DNA of 64,000 nucleotides from Planctomycetota bacterium (lineage in GTDB: Bacteria > Planctomycetota > UBA8742 > UBA2392). The stretch is taken from positions 12,997 to 76,996 of the forward strand of contig JADLFN010000046.1 in the NCBI GenBank assembly GCA_020845475.1, in the 5' to 3' direction. Every line of letters begins with the position of its first letter. Within the stretch, counting starts at the first letter, position 1. Below are positions 16,394 to 25,166 of the stretch, in pieces. The notes below the pieces were generated by a model. The model made no database searches and had not been told where the DNA came from. It saw only the letters and a list, made by a program, of their open reading frames with translations. The position numbers were made by a program, and so were the translations under genes.

Positions 16394-18427
16394 ATGCAGC
16401 CCTTGCTTCAACCCTTGACCGAGACCATCTCCGTCTCGCGCCGGCTCTACGAGCCCCTGGCGCGCCTTGGGCTGCACCGCGTCATCGATTTGCTGAACCA
16501 CTTCCCGCGCGGCTACAGTCAGCGAACCAGCATCCGTGATCTGAAGCCGGGCATGCACGCCAGCATCGTGGCCAAGGTGCTCAACGCGTCGAACAAGGCC
16601 ACGAAAAAACGCCGCATGAAGATCACGGAAGTGACGCTGGATGACGGCACGGGCGTGCTGAAGGCCGTATTTTTCAACCAGCCCTGGCTTGTCTCGCGAT
16701 TTCAGGTGGGCGCGGCGCTGCGGCTTACAGGGCCCGTCGAGCACGAGTACGGCTCCTGGAGCATGAAGCCCTATGGCTGGGAATTCGCCGATCCCAAGGG
16801 CGAAGAGGACAAAGGGCTGGTGAGCGAGTATCCGCTGGTGGAGGGCATCGCCAGTGAGGACATCACCGGCTTGCTCAACCTCGCGCTGCCCAGGTTCGCG
16901 GCTTTGATTCCTGATTTTCTTCCGCCTGAACTCGGCGCGCGTCTGCGACTGATGCCGCCGGAGAAGGCATACAAGGCCGCACACGCACCGGAGAACAAGA
17001 AGCAGCTCGATGCGGCGCTGCTGAGTCTGAAATACCGCGAGTTCTTCCTGCTGCAAGTCGGGCTGAAGCTGTCGCGGCGCGATGAGATGAAAGATGCCGC
17101 GCTCCAGATTGCCGTCGATGACGACCTGCGCTCGCGCGCGCTCAAGTATTTCCCCTTTGAAATGACGGGCGCGCAAAAGCGCGTCTGCGAGCAGATGGAA
17201 GGCGACCTCACGCGCGCAGGCCGCATGCAGCGCCTGCTGCAAGGCGATGTCGGCAGCGGCAAGACAGCCGTGGCATTGTTCGCCAGCCTGCTGATGGTGG
17301 GCAACGGCTTCCAGTGCGCGTGGCTGGCGCCGACGGAAATTCTGGCGCGCCAGCACTTCGCCAATGTTTCGCGCTATCTCAAGGGCACCAAAGTTCGCAT
17401 CGAGCTTTTGATCGGCGGCATGAAGAAAAGCGAACGCAGCGCCATGCTGGGCGATTTGCAGTTTGGCAGGGTGCACATCCTGATTGGCACGCACGCGCTG
17501 CTCGAGCCCGACGTGAAATTCAGCAAGCTCGGCCTGTGCGTGATCGATGAGCAGCACAAGTTCGGCGTCAATCAGCGCGCGGCTTTGCGAGAGAAGGGCA
17601 ACCGCCCCCACCTGCTGGCCATGAGCGCCACGCCCATTCCGCGCACGCTTTCCATGACGCTCTATGGCGGTCTTGACGTGTCAATCATTGACGAGCTGCC
17701 GCCCGGCCGCAAACCCGTGCGCACGGAGTGGGTGCATCGCTCGCGGGAAGCCGCAGCGTTCGAGAAGATCCGCCGCGAGGTAGCCGCGGGCGGGCGCGCC
17801 TATTTCATCTATCCGCTGGTGCAGGAGACGGAGACGGTCGACGCCAAGAGCGCCATCGAATTCGCCGAGCGCCTCAAGAACGAACATTTCCCCGAATTCA
17901 GAGTCGGTCTGGTGCATGGGCAAATGCCGGGCGATGAAAAAGACAAGATCATGGAAGCGTTCCGGCGCGGCGACATTGACGTGCTGGCGGCGACAGTCGT
18001 GGTCGAGGTTGGCGTTGACGTACCCGAGGCCAACGTGATGGTGGTTGAGAACGCCGAGCGCTTTGGCCTGGCGCAACTGCACCAGTTGCGCGGCAGAATC
18101 GGGCGCGGCCAGCGCCAGAGTTTCCTGTACCTGTTCGGCGACCCGCGCACGGAGCCTGCAATCAAGCGGCTCAACGTGCTGTGCCAGACCAACGATGGCT
18201 TCAAGATCGCTGAAGAAGACCTCAAAATGCGCGGCTTTGGCGACTTCGCCGGCACACGCCAAAGCGGCGTGCCCAAACTACACGCTGGCGATTTCGAGAA
18301 AGATCTCGACGCCCTCGTGCAAGCCCGAAAAGACGCGGCCAACTTCGCCGACAGAATCGACGAACAGGCCATTCGCGACAATCTCGAATTGCACTTCGGC
18401 AAGGAGTTCCGGCTGCTGGGCGCGTGA
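16394..18427 (+). CDS. recG: ATP-dependent DNA helicase RecG
   Basis: Wedge/OB N-terminus, then helicase motifs GDVGSGKT and DEQHKFGV, and ...QLRGRIGRG. Confidence 0.95.
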   Translation: MQPLLQPLTETISVSRRLYEPLARLGLHRVIDLLNHFPRGYSQRTSIRDLKPGMHASIVAKVLNASNKATKKRRMKITEVTLDDGTGVLKAVFFNQPWLVSRFQVGAALRLTGPVEHEYGSWSMKPYGWEFADPKGEEDKGLVSEYPLVEGIASEDITGLLNLALPRFAALIPDFLPPELGARLRLMPPEKAYKAAHAPENKKQLDAALLSLKYREFFLLQVGLKLSRRDEMKDAALQIAVDDDLRSRALKYFPFEMTGAQKRVCEQMEGDLTRAGRMQRLLQGDVGSGKTAVALFASLLMVGNGFQCAWLAPTEILARQHFANVSRYLKGTKVRIELLIGGMKKSERSAMLGDLQFGRVHILIGTHALLEPDVKFSKLGLCVIDEQHKFGVNQRAALREKGNRPHLLAMSATPIPRTLSMTLYGGLDVSIIDELPPGRKPVRTEWVHRSREAAAFEKIRREVAAGGRAYFIYPLVQETETVDAKSAIEFAERLKNEHFPEFRVGLVHGQMPGDEKDKIMEAFRRGDIDVLAATVVVEVGVDVPEANVMVVENAERFGLAQLHQLRGRIGRGQRQSFLYLFGDPRTEPAIKRLNVLCQTNDGFKIAEEDLKMRGFGDFAGTRQSGVPKLHAGDFEKDLDALVQARKDAANFADRIDEQAIRDNLELHFGKEFRLLGA

Positions 18428-18841
18428 TCACGCCGCCTTTTTCAGCGTTGGGCTTAGCCGCCCGCGAAGTGTTCTGCGGGCCCGTGATCCGCCACTCGCG
18501 GGCTGGTGCGGTGTTGAGCGGATAAGGCCTCTGAAAAGTTTGGGTTGTGCGCCCACCAAATCCATAAGCCGGAATGCCGCGCCATCAGGAGTACGCAACC
18601 CCTGTTCCCATGCCTGAATGGTCTTTACCGAAACGTTCATGCATTTGGCAAACACCACTTGAGAAAAGCCAAGCCTGTTGCGCAACTCGGCAATCTGCGT
18701 TGCTGCAAGTTTGGGAGCGGGCGAAGGCAACTCAATGTCAATGCGGCGCAGCGTGACCTGGCCCTTGGCCCAGGCTACCGCCTCCCTCAGCCCTTCCACA
18801 ATGGCATCGCCGAGCGATTCGTTTTTCTCGGACTTTTTCAT
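18428..18841 (-). CDS. XRE-type HTH antitoxin (HigA-2-like)
   Basis: LGFSQVVFAKCMNVSVKTIQAWEQGLRTPDGAAFRLMDLV HTH. Start overlaps the toxin stop by 4 nt. Carries an unusual ~35-aa basic C-terminal tail that abuts the recG stop. Confidence 0.75.
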   Translation of the reverse strand: MKKSEKNESLGDAIVEGLREAVAWAKGQVTLRRIDIELPSPAPKLAATQIAELRNRLGFSQVVFAKCMNVSVKTIQAWEQGLRTPDGAAFRLMDLVGAQPKLFRGLIRSTPHQPASGGSRARRTLRGRLSPTLKKAA

Positions 18842-19175
18842 TGGCTCGACTCCCCACGCCTTGCGTACTCTGCCTTGAACTCGCGCGTCAACTGCACTGC
18901 AAGCCGTTTTGCTTCGGGCGAAAGATCAGCAGTTACGTTCTTGTTGTAGCCGGCAATCATCAAGAAAAGGCTTGGTTCCTCAACGTAATAGTAAATGATC
19001 CTTGCACCGCCACGCTTGCCCTTGTTTTGGCCGCCCACCGCAAAACGCAACTTCCTAACTCCGCCGCATCCAGGAATGAGTGCCCCGGCGTAGTGCCTTC
19101 GGCAAGCAGCTTTTGCAACTCAACGTACTCTTCATCTGACAGCTCCTCTGTCACCCACCTCGTGAAGCGAGACAT
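18838..19175 (-). pseudogene. HigB-2/RelE-like toxin gene interrupted by a 1-nt frameshift
   Basis: N-terminal frame MSRFTRWVTEELSDEEYVELQKLLAEGTTPG, C-terminal frame (A)LIPGCGGVRKLRFAVGGQNKGKRGGARIIYYY...YNKNVTADL. The two frames join if one G is added to the GGGG run (plus-strand CCCC, 19083-19086). Confidence 0.75.
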
Positions 19176-19227
19176 TTCAAGAAACCCAGCCGTCACGCTC
19201 TATCCTACAATGTAGTAGACGACGCTG

Positions 19228-19671
19228 CTACCGGGGACTCTCCGATTTCACCAGCTTGTCGGCCAGCACCCAATCCACACTGCCGTCGGTGAAATACTCG
19301 CGCTTCCAGATAGGCACGTCGTGCTTGATCAGCTCGATGACTTTGCGGCTGGCTTCGTAGGCGGCGGCGCGGTGATGCGAGCCGGCCACGACGCACAGGG
19401 AGGCATCGCCAATCTGGTGCAGGCCGGTGCGGTGGATGATGACGAGATCGGGCAGCTTGAATTCTTCGGCGACTTCGCGCGCGATTTTCTGCAGCTCTTT
19501 GAGCGCCATGCCAGCGTAAGCTTCGTAGTAGATGCACTGCACAGCGCGGCCCTGATGGTGATTGCGCACGGTGCCCAGAAACACGAGATACGCGCCATTC
19601 TCCGGCGCCTTCAGCTCGGCCAGCAGCGCGTTGACGTCAATGGGCTTCTCGGTCAGTCGGGCTTCAATCAT
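19228..19671 (-). CDS. moaE: molybdopterin synthase catalytic subunit
   Basis: ...AYLVFLGTVRNHHQGRAV..YYEAYAGMA...HRTG...GDASLCVVAGSHHR...IKHDVPIWKREYF. Confidence 0.9.
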   Translation of the reverse strand: MIEARLTEKPIDVNALLAELKAPENGAYLVFLGTVRNHHQGRAVQCIYYEAYAGMALKELQKIAREVAEEFKLPDLVIIHRTGLHQIGDASLCVVAGSHHRAAAYEASRKVIELIKHDVPIWKREYFTDGSVDWVLADKLVKSESPR

Positions 19672-19901
19672 TGCTGCACGCCTTCCGTGGCAATGTGCAG
19701 CGCGACAACCTTGCGCAAGTCGATGACAAATTCGTCGGGGCCGCTTTCGCCGGGCACGACTACCGTCAGCACGTGGTTGCCCGCCCCGCCGAGAAACTTG
19801 TTGTAAGCATCGCGCGCGACATCGGCGGCCTTGGTGTCCATGGCCTCAATGGCCAAACCCGCGCCGCCTTCAAATAGAAATCTCAATGACTTCGCTGCCA
19901 T
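19668..19901 (-). CDS. small hypothetical protein (77 aa) translationally coupled to moaE
   Basis: MAAKSLRFLFEGGAGLAIEAMDT...VIDLRKVVALHIATEGVQQ. Its TGA overlaps the moaE ATG (ATGA). The ORF-track N-terminal extension to 19979 is a translation of the heptad repeat and was discarded. Confidence 0.5.
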   Translation of the reverse strand: MAAKSLRFLFEGGAGLAIEAMDTKAADVARDAYNKFLGGAGNHVLTVVVPGESGPDEFVIDLRKVVALHIATEGVQQ

Positions 19902-19925
19902 TCGTGTCCTTCGTCTTTGGTTGGG

Positions 19926-19967
19926 CGATTGTCGATTGCCGATTGCCGATTGTCGATTCGGAATTGC
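19926..19967. repeat. tandem heptad array CGATTGT CGATTGC CGATTGC CGATTGT CGATTCG GAATTGC
   Basis: Six consecutive 7-nt units in the spacer between the M50 protease stop (19996) and the small ORF start (19901). No inverted partner seen nearby. Confidence 0.85.
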
Positions 19968-19995
19968 TGCCGGCGTCACCGCTGAGATTCGTCAA

Positions 19996-21069
19996 TCACG
20001 CCTTCTTGTCTTTGTCCTTCATCATCTCGCCGGCGGCCTTGATGCCCTGCCTGGCAAACCAGCCCGCTCCCTTGCCCGTAAGCTTGGCGACAGTCCAGAG
20101 CGCCGTAGCCGCGTTCTTTGCTGCCGCCACTTTCTCACCCATGGTGGGGCCCTTGGCTTTCTCTTCTTCCGGACGTCCGCCGCTGACGACTTCGGCGTCA
20201 ATCAACGACAACTTCTCGCGCGCCTTGGGCTCGAATTCCGGCGGCGGGCCGACGACCTCCTTGGCCGCCTCACCATAGGCGCGCACGCGGCGCACTTCGG
20301 CCCAGCCATAATAGATGCCCATGGCGGCCAGCAGCAGCATCACGAACTGGTAGAGCAGCAACGTCGAAAGCGGGCTTGTGGATGGATCATTGTATTGCGA
20401 TGTCAACCCGACCAGCCAGCCTCGCAGCGTCAGCAGCAGCACCGAAACGCCGGCGCTGATCAGCCACAGGCCGTGGCTGATTTTCACTGCGCGCTCGGTG
20501 CCCTCCACAAAGCCAAGTCGCGAGGCAAAGAAGCCGCGCACAGCGCGCGCGCCATCCATGGGCCAAAGCGGCATCAGGTTGCCAAGCGCAACAACGAAAT
20601 TGAGCAGCGAAAGCGTGGCCAGAAAGCCGCTCCAGGTGGCCAGCGATGCCTGGCTCAAAATCGGCGCGGCTTGGCGCTGGCTCAGCGCCACGATGACGAA
20701 GGGCGACAACAGCACACCGATGACGGCGTTGACGGCCGGGCCGGAGAGCGCAATCAGCGTTTCATCGATGGGCTTGGCACGTTTGGCCTCAAAGAAAGTG
20801 AAGCCCACGAAAGAAAGCATGATCATGCGCGGCCTGTGCCCGCGCAACTTCACCATGGCTGCATGGCCGGCCTCGTGCAGGAAGATGCAGAACAGCAGCA
20901 CGCACAGCAGCACCAGGTGCGCCACGGCCGCCCAGGTGCCCACGCGCGAGCGTGAAGCATCTTCGAGGCTGAAAAGGAACAGCAGGCCAATCAGCACCAC
21001 CACGTACCAGTCGAGGCGCAGTTCCACGCCAAACCAGCGGCCGAGATAGATGGTGGGTCTGAACGTCAT
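19996..21069 (-). CDS. site-2 protease family (peptidase M50) membrane metalloprotease
   Basis: IFLHEAGHAAMV (HExxH) in a TM helix, and ...NLMPLWPMDGARAV (second metal-ligand motif). Multiple hydrophobic segments and a Lys-rich C-terminal tail. Confidence 0.85.
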   Translation of the reverse strand: MTFRPTIYLGRWFGVELRLDWYVVVLIGLLFLFSLEDASRSRVGTWAAVAHLVLLCVLLFCIFLHEAGHAAMVKLRGHRPRMIMLSFVGFTFFEAKRAKPIDETLIALSGPAVNAVIGVLLSPFVIVALSQRQAAPILSQASLATWSGFLATLSLLNFVVALGNLMPLWPMDGARAVRGFFASRLGFVEGTERAVKISHGLWLISAGVSVLLLTLRGWLVGLTSQYNDPSTSPLSTLLLYQFVMLLLAAMGIYYGWAEVRRVRAYGEAAKEVVGPPPEFEPKAREKLSLIDAEVVSGGRPEEEKAKGPTMGEKVAAAKNAATALWTVAKLTGKGAGWFARQGIKAAGEMMKDKDKKA

Positions 21070-21151
21070 GGCACTAGTTACCCGTTCTCAGAGCGCAGTT
21101 CCAAGGGCAGCACGCACAAGCATTAACGCTGCCCCAACTTAAGGCAGTCCA

Positions 21152-21172
21152 CTGATAATTGATAACTGATAA
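21152..21172. repeat. short heptad array CTGATAA TTGATAA CTGATAA
   Basis: Three 7-nt units immediately upstream (gene sense) of the M50 gene and 5 nt from the stop of the lipoprotein gene. Confidence 0.7.
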
Positions 21173-21176
21173 ACGG

Positions 21177-21599
21177 TTAGCTGCCGGTTTTCGCAGACGG
21201 TTTGGCTTTGGGCTTTTCGCCGTCGGCGGCGGGCTTGCTGCTTTGAAGGCCCATGCGCGCCTTCCACTCCGCCATGCGCGCCTGGCGGCGCAATTCCTGG
21301 CGCGCCTCGGCACCCTGAAGCGGCCGTCCTTCGCTGTCCACCGTCAGGTCCTTGCTCATGGGCTTTTCGCCCAGCTTGCGCTCGGAAATGTCTTCGCTCA
21401 GGTGAGGTTTGATCGCCGCGTTGTGCTGCGGGTGGGGCTTGACCCAGCTCTTGTCGGGGTGAACGCCGTCCACACGCGCGGGCTCAACGTAGCCTTGCGG
21501 CGGCGCACCCTGCACGCGCGCAATACCCGGCCCGGACATGCCGCAACCCACGCTGAAAATCAGCGCCGCTATCGTGAACAAAAGAGCGACAATGCGCAT
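21177..21599 (-). CDS. putative lipoprotein, hypothetical (140 aa)
   Basis: MRIVALLFTIAALIFSVGCG lipobox, then a low-complexity charged tail. Start moved to ATG 21599. Confidence 0.6.
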   Translation of the reverse strand: MRIVALLFTIAALIFSVGCGMSGPGIARVQGAPPQGYVEPARVDGVHPDKSWVKPHPQHNAAIKPHLSEDISERKLGEKPMSKDLTVDSEGRPLQGAEARQELRRQARMAEWKARMGLQSSKPAADGEKPKAKPSAKTGS

Positions 21600-21674
21600 G
21601 AAGCAGCCAAGCGGGGCGTGCGGGGAGGCTCTGATGTTACCGGCCGGGCGGCAAGTCGTCAATGCGGCCAAACG

Positions 21675-22412
21675 CTACTTCTTGCGCTTGCGCTGGGCGG
21701 CCACGGGGTCGCGGATTTCGGCGGTTTCGACTTCGGCCTCGTGGAAGCGGGGCAACTGCTGGCGCGCGTAGTCAACCAGATCCTGCGGCGCGTCATCGGA
21801 GAAGCGCAGCGAGCCCTTCCTGGTCACGGTCAGGTTGCACTTGCCGCTGGGCAGCTTGAACGACAGCGTCACGCCCTCAAGCTGGTCGGAGAACTTCTCG
21901 CACAGCTTTTCCCCTTCGCGCACGTCGAGCACCTTGAAGCCGCCGGTGCAGGTCATGTTCTCGCGCGCCAGGTACTCCTTGATGCGCATGGCGCGGATTT
22001 CGTTCTTGTTGTAGGCGTGCTGCAGCTCGAACACGTAATCCTTGATGTTGATGTTCAGGTCCCCGAATTCGACGCTGACGTCGGGCAGCGAGTCCAGCGC
22101 CTCGAAGAGCGAGTTCAACTCGCCGCGGCGTTCCTCAACGCTCACCAGCCCGTGCTGCAGGTCGATGTCAAACTTGCACTCCGCCAGCGACTCGACCTTC
22201 TCCTCAATGGGCTTGAGCGTCTTGCGATCGATGCCCTTCTGCTTGCTGGTCTTCACGTAGTAATACTTGCCCAGCGCGCGCGACGGCGCGTTTTCGCCCA
22301 GCACAAAGCCGCGCTCCATGCGCGCTTCGTAGTTGAGTTCTTCCATGGCGCGGCGCATGGCCTTGAAGGAATCTCCGCTGGTGACGAGAGCTTTGAAATG
22401 GAATGAGCGCAT
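21675..22412 (-). CDS. hypothetical cytoplasmic protein, 245 aa
   Basis: Well-formed ORF with balanced composition and a basic C-terminal tail (AAQRKRKK). No motif recognised. Lies downstream of the HEAT-repeat gene on the same strand. Confidence 0.65.
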   Translation of the reverse strand: MRSFHFKALVTSGDSFKAMRRAMEELNYEARMERGFVLGENAPSRALGKYYYVKTSKQKGIDRKTLKPIEEKVESLAECKFDIDLQHGLVSVEERRGELNSLFEALDSLPDVSVEFGDLNINIKDYVFELQHAYNKNEIRAMRIKEYLARENMTCTGGFKVLDVREGEKLCEKFSDQLEGVTLSFKLPSGKCNLTVTRKGSLRFSDDAPQDLVDYARQQLPRFHEAEVETAEIRDPVAAQRKRKK

Positions 22413-22544
22413 GAAGTAGGTCCCGTGTCGCGTGTGCCGAGTTTGCCCGAAAGAGCAGACAGATAACGAACGCCACTGCGCACTTGAAGCGCCAAGGCAT
22501 CAAAGAATTGCTGACTGTGGAGATGTGGAAAACCGACACGGTCT

Positions 22545-25151
22545 CTAGCGCGCGGCGCCAAGCGGCTTGAGGCGGCGCCTGATATCGGCACGCTGGTTTT
22601 CTGACAGGTGTTTTGCGTCGCTCAATTGTTCAAGCCAGGCGCGGGCCAGGTGTGACAGAGTGCGTTCCTTCATCGTGTCAAACAGCGCTTCGACCACCGC
22701 GCGGCGCGCATGCTCGGCGTCGATGGGCTTTTCGCCGATGCGCCTGCGGCACGCGATGAGGAACATGGTCTCGAGAATCTGGCGCCGCTCAACGATCTCG
22801 GGCTCCTGCTCGGCGCTCAGGCGGCGCAGCAATTCCTGCATCACGTTCTGCAGGATGCGGTCGAGGCGCTCGCTGCCCTCATTCTTGGCCGCGATCTGGC
22901 CCAGCACCTGCATGATCGGCAGCAGGTAAACGCGCTTGGCCAGCATCTCGGCGATGTCGTCCACAACGCCTTCATCTTCACGTCCGGAAAGCGCAACCTG
23001 CCCCAACAGGCGGCCAAGCGTGATCACGCTCGCCGGCGCCCAGATCATCTTGTAGGCCGTCACGTCGCGCCAGAACTGCGTCAGGTCGGCCAGCACTTTC
23101 TGGTAGAGCCCCTTGGGCGTTTTGCCCGCACCGAGCATGCGGCCCAGACCTTCCAGCACGCGCGGCACCATGTCGGTGTAGGCCGTGGTCTCGCGCCCGA
23201 ACTCCAGCACGTCTTCGCCCTGCTCGTTCTTCTTGAGTTTGCCCCCCACCGCCGGCAGCGCGCGCTTGAGGAAGCTGAGCAGCAAGTGGCCGATTTCAAT
23301 GCGCTCGCGCCCGTTCAGGCTTTCGCCGGCCGCCAGGTAGCCCATGGCGTCGATCACGTCGTAAACCGCGCTCGACTTGCCAACATGCGTGCGCAGCAAC
23401 TTGCTGATCTCGCCCGCCAGTGGCTCCGAAACCTGCTGGTGCGCCGCGATGCGCGCACACGCGATATACAGCGGGCCGCGTGTGGGAAAACTCTGCTCCT
23501 CAGATTCGATCAGCGCCCGCAATTGCCCAACAAGCTTCTCAAGTTCCTTGCGCGCGATTTTCTTGTCGTGCTCGACGACATCGGGCAGAAGCGCCGCCGC
23601 CGTCAAGCGCGTAATGTCGTAGGAAGATTCCATGATGCCGCGCGTCAGGGGCGCAATCGCGGCGCGCCCGCAGCGGCGCAGTGCGTTCTGCAAGAGCTCA
23701 ATCTGGCGCTCAAAGCGGAACGTGTGCAGGTCGGCCATGAAGTTCTCGGCCGCGACGCGCTTTTCATCTTCACCCAGGTAATCGTGCTCAAAGAAGCCGG
23801 ATTCCAGCAGCACCACGCGCACCGCCACCGATGCCGCAGGGTAGGCCGCAAGGCAGGCACGCGCGGCTTGCCGGCCGGAGTCCCTGGCAAGCTGCCCCTC
23901 GCGCATCATGCTGCCCAGCAGGTTGACGATGCGGCCCTGGCCGGTTTCGTCGGCTTTGGGCAGAGCTTCCACCAAGGTGGGCACAGCGCGCTCTTTGAGC
24001 GAAGTCAGCGCACCGACACAGGTCTGGTAACTGCGATCGAGGTCGCTGCCGCTCTGGATGCCCGCAACGAGGCGGCGCAGGACACGATCCTCGGCCGCGC
24101 CTTCGAGGTCGAAGCGGCAGATGAGGCCCAGAGCGAAAAACTGCAGCGCGCTCTGCGACGATTCTTCCACGGCCGTGATGAGAAGCTGGTTGGCAAGCTT
24201 GCGGTCGTGCCTGTAAAGCGCGGCATAGACCTCGCGCATGGCGTCCTCGTAGACCGCAAGCTGCACCTGCGCCAGATCAAAGAGCTGCTTGTGCAGCGTC
24301 AGCGGAAAATCGCCCAGCTCAGCAGTGTTGCCCAGTTTCATCGCCAACAGGCCCAGGCATGCCAGCACCAGTTCGCGCGGCTCGGACGAGCGCACAAAAC
24401 CCGCCGCCACGGTCAGCGCCAGCTTCTGCTGGGCGCCATCGAGGCGCGCAAAGATCTGCCCGATGTTCGAGATGGCGACGGTGCGCTCGGCCAGGCTGCC
24501 GGCGGAAGCCCTGGCCACGTTCTCTGTCAGCGCGGCATCGAGCCCCAAGGCCCCCAGCGCGCGCGCGGCTTCGGCGCGAACTTCGGCGTCTTTGTCACGA
24601 AGCGCCGCCAGGAAGAGCTGAAGCTTGTCTGCGGGCTTGAGGTTCGCGAGCCAGAGTTTGCGCACGGCCTCAAGGCGCTTTCCCTGGTCGGCGCTGGTGA
24701 GCAAGTCGAGTTTGAGCCGCGCAACTTCATCGGCCCCGAGCAGCTTTGCGGCTTCAGGCGCGCCAATCAGCGCCGCAATGCCGCCCGGCGCCGCCACCGC
24801 CAGCGCCTTGGCGGGGTCGGCAGCGGTGTCGTCGGACTCTTCAGCAAGGCAGAGCACTTGCCGCTCGCCATGCTTGCGCAGCGCCAGCGGATTCTCAGTG
24901 AAGAAATCCTTGTCCTGCTTGGTTGAAAGCGCCTTGAGCGCCTTGGCGTCAAGTGCTTCGGCGGCGTCGAGCAGCGCCTTGGAAAGCAGCAGGTCTTCGA
25001 GCGGCTTGCCGTCTTCGTCGCAGGAGAACTCAACGAGCGATTCCGAGAGCAGCAGTCCCTTGCGCGCCAATGCGCCCACGCGCGTGACAAAACGCCGCGA
25101 AGCGCCAAAGCGCTGCACCAACGAGTCGAATTCATCCTCAATGATGCGCAC
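22545..25151 (-). CDS. 868-aa all-alpha HEAT/armadillo-like repeat protein, hypothetical
   Basis: HEAT-like units such as LRDKDAEVRAEAARALGALG. Leu/Ala-rich helical repeats throughout; no catalytic motif seen. Confidence 0.7.
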   Translation of the reverse strand: MRIIEDEFDSLVQRFGASRRFVTRVGALARKGLLLSESLVEFSCDEDGKPLEDLLLSKALLDAAEALDAKALKALSTKQDKDFFTENPLALRKHGERQVLCLAEESDDTAADPAKALAVAAPGGIAALIGAPEAAKLLGADEVARLKLDLLTSADQGKRLEAVRKLWLANLKPADKLQLFLAALRDKDAEVRAEAARALGALGLDAALTENVARASAGSLAERTVAISNIGQIFARLDGAQQKLALTVAAGFVRSSEPRELVLACLGLLAMKLGNTAELGDFPLTLHKQLFDLAQVQLAVYEDAMREVYAALYRHDRKLANQLLITAVEESSQSALQFFALGLICRFDLEGAAEDRVLRRLVAGIQSGSDLDRSYQTCVGALTSLKERAVPTLVEALPKADETGQGRIVNLLGSMMREGQLARDSGRQAARACLAAYPAASVAVRVVLLESGFFEHDYLGEDEKRVAAENFMADLHTFRFERQIELLQNALRRCGRAAIAPLTRGIMESSYDITRLTAAALLPDVVEHDKKIARKELEKLVGQLRALIESEEQSFPTRGPLYIACARIAAHQQVSEPLAGEISKLLRTHVGKSSAVYDVIDAMGYLAAGESLNGRERIEIGHLLLSFLKRALPAVGGKLKKNEQGEDVLEFGRETTAYTDMVPRVLEGLGRMLGAGKTPKGLYQKVLADLTQFWRDVTAYKMIWAPASVITLGRLLGQVALSGREDEGVVDDIAEMLAKRVYLLPIMQVLGQIAAKNEGSERLDRILQNVMQELLRRLSAEQEPEIVERRQILETMFLIACRRRIGEKPIDAEHARRAVVEALFDTMKERTLSHLARAWLEQLSDAKHLSENQRADIRRRLKPLGAAR

Positions 25152-25166
25152 GCGCCGCCCTTCGTT

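Noticed and set aside
19668-19901. Calling this ORF moaD because of its position upstream of moaE
   Set aside because: It has no C-terminal Gly-Gly and no recognisable MoaD/ThiS pattern. It is kept as hypothetical.
19926-19967. CRISPR array (this and the other short tandem repeats)
   Set aside because: The units are 7 nt with no spacers. No 25-40 nt repeat/spacer periodicity and no cas genes occur anywhere in the window.
19902-19979. N-terminal extension MTPAAIPNRQSAIGNRQSPNQRRRTR of ORF 19668..19979
   Set aside because: It is a direct translation of the CGATTGN heptad array, so the start was moved to the ATG at 19901.
21675-22412. Assigning the 245-aa protein to RdgC-like recombination-associated proteins
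   Set aside because: There is only a faint local resemblance (..KGSLRFSDD..), and I could verify no alignable motifs by eye.
25152-25166. Bidirectional promoter in the 15-bp gap between the HEAT-repeat gene and the GT9 gene
   Set aside because: The gap is too short to hold two promoters, so one or both start codons are probably further inside the ORFs. It is noted under the operon finding rather than annotated.
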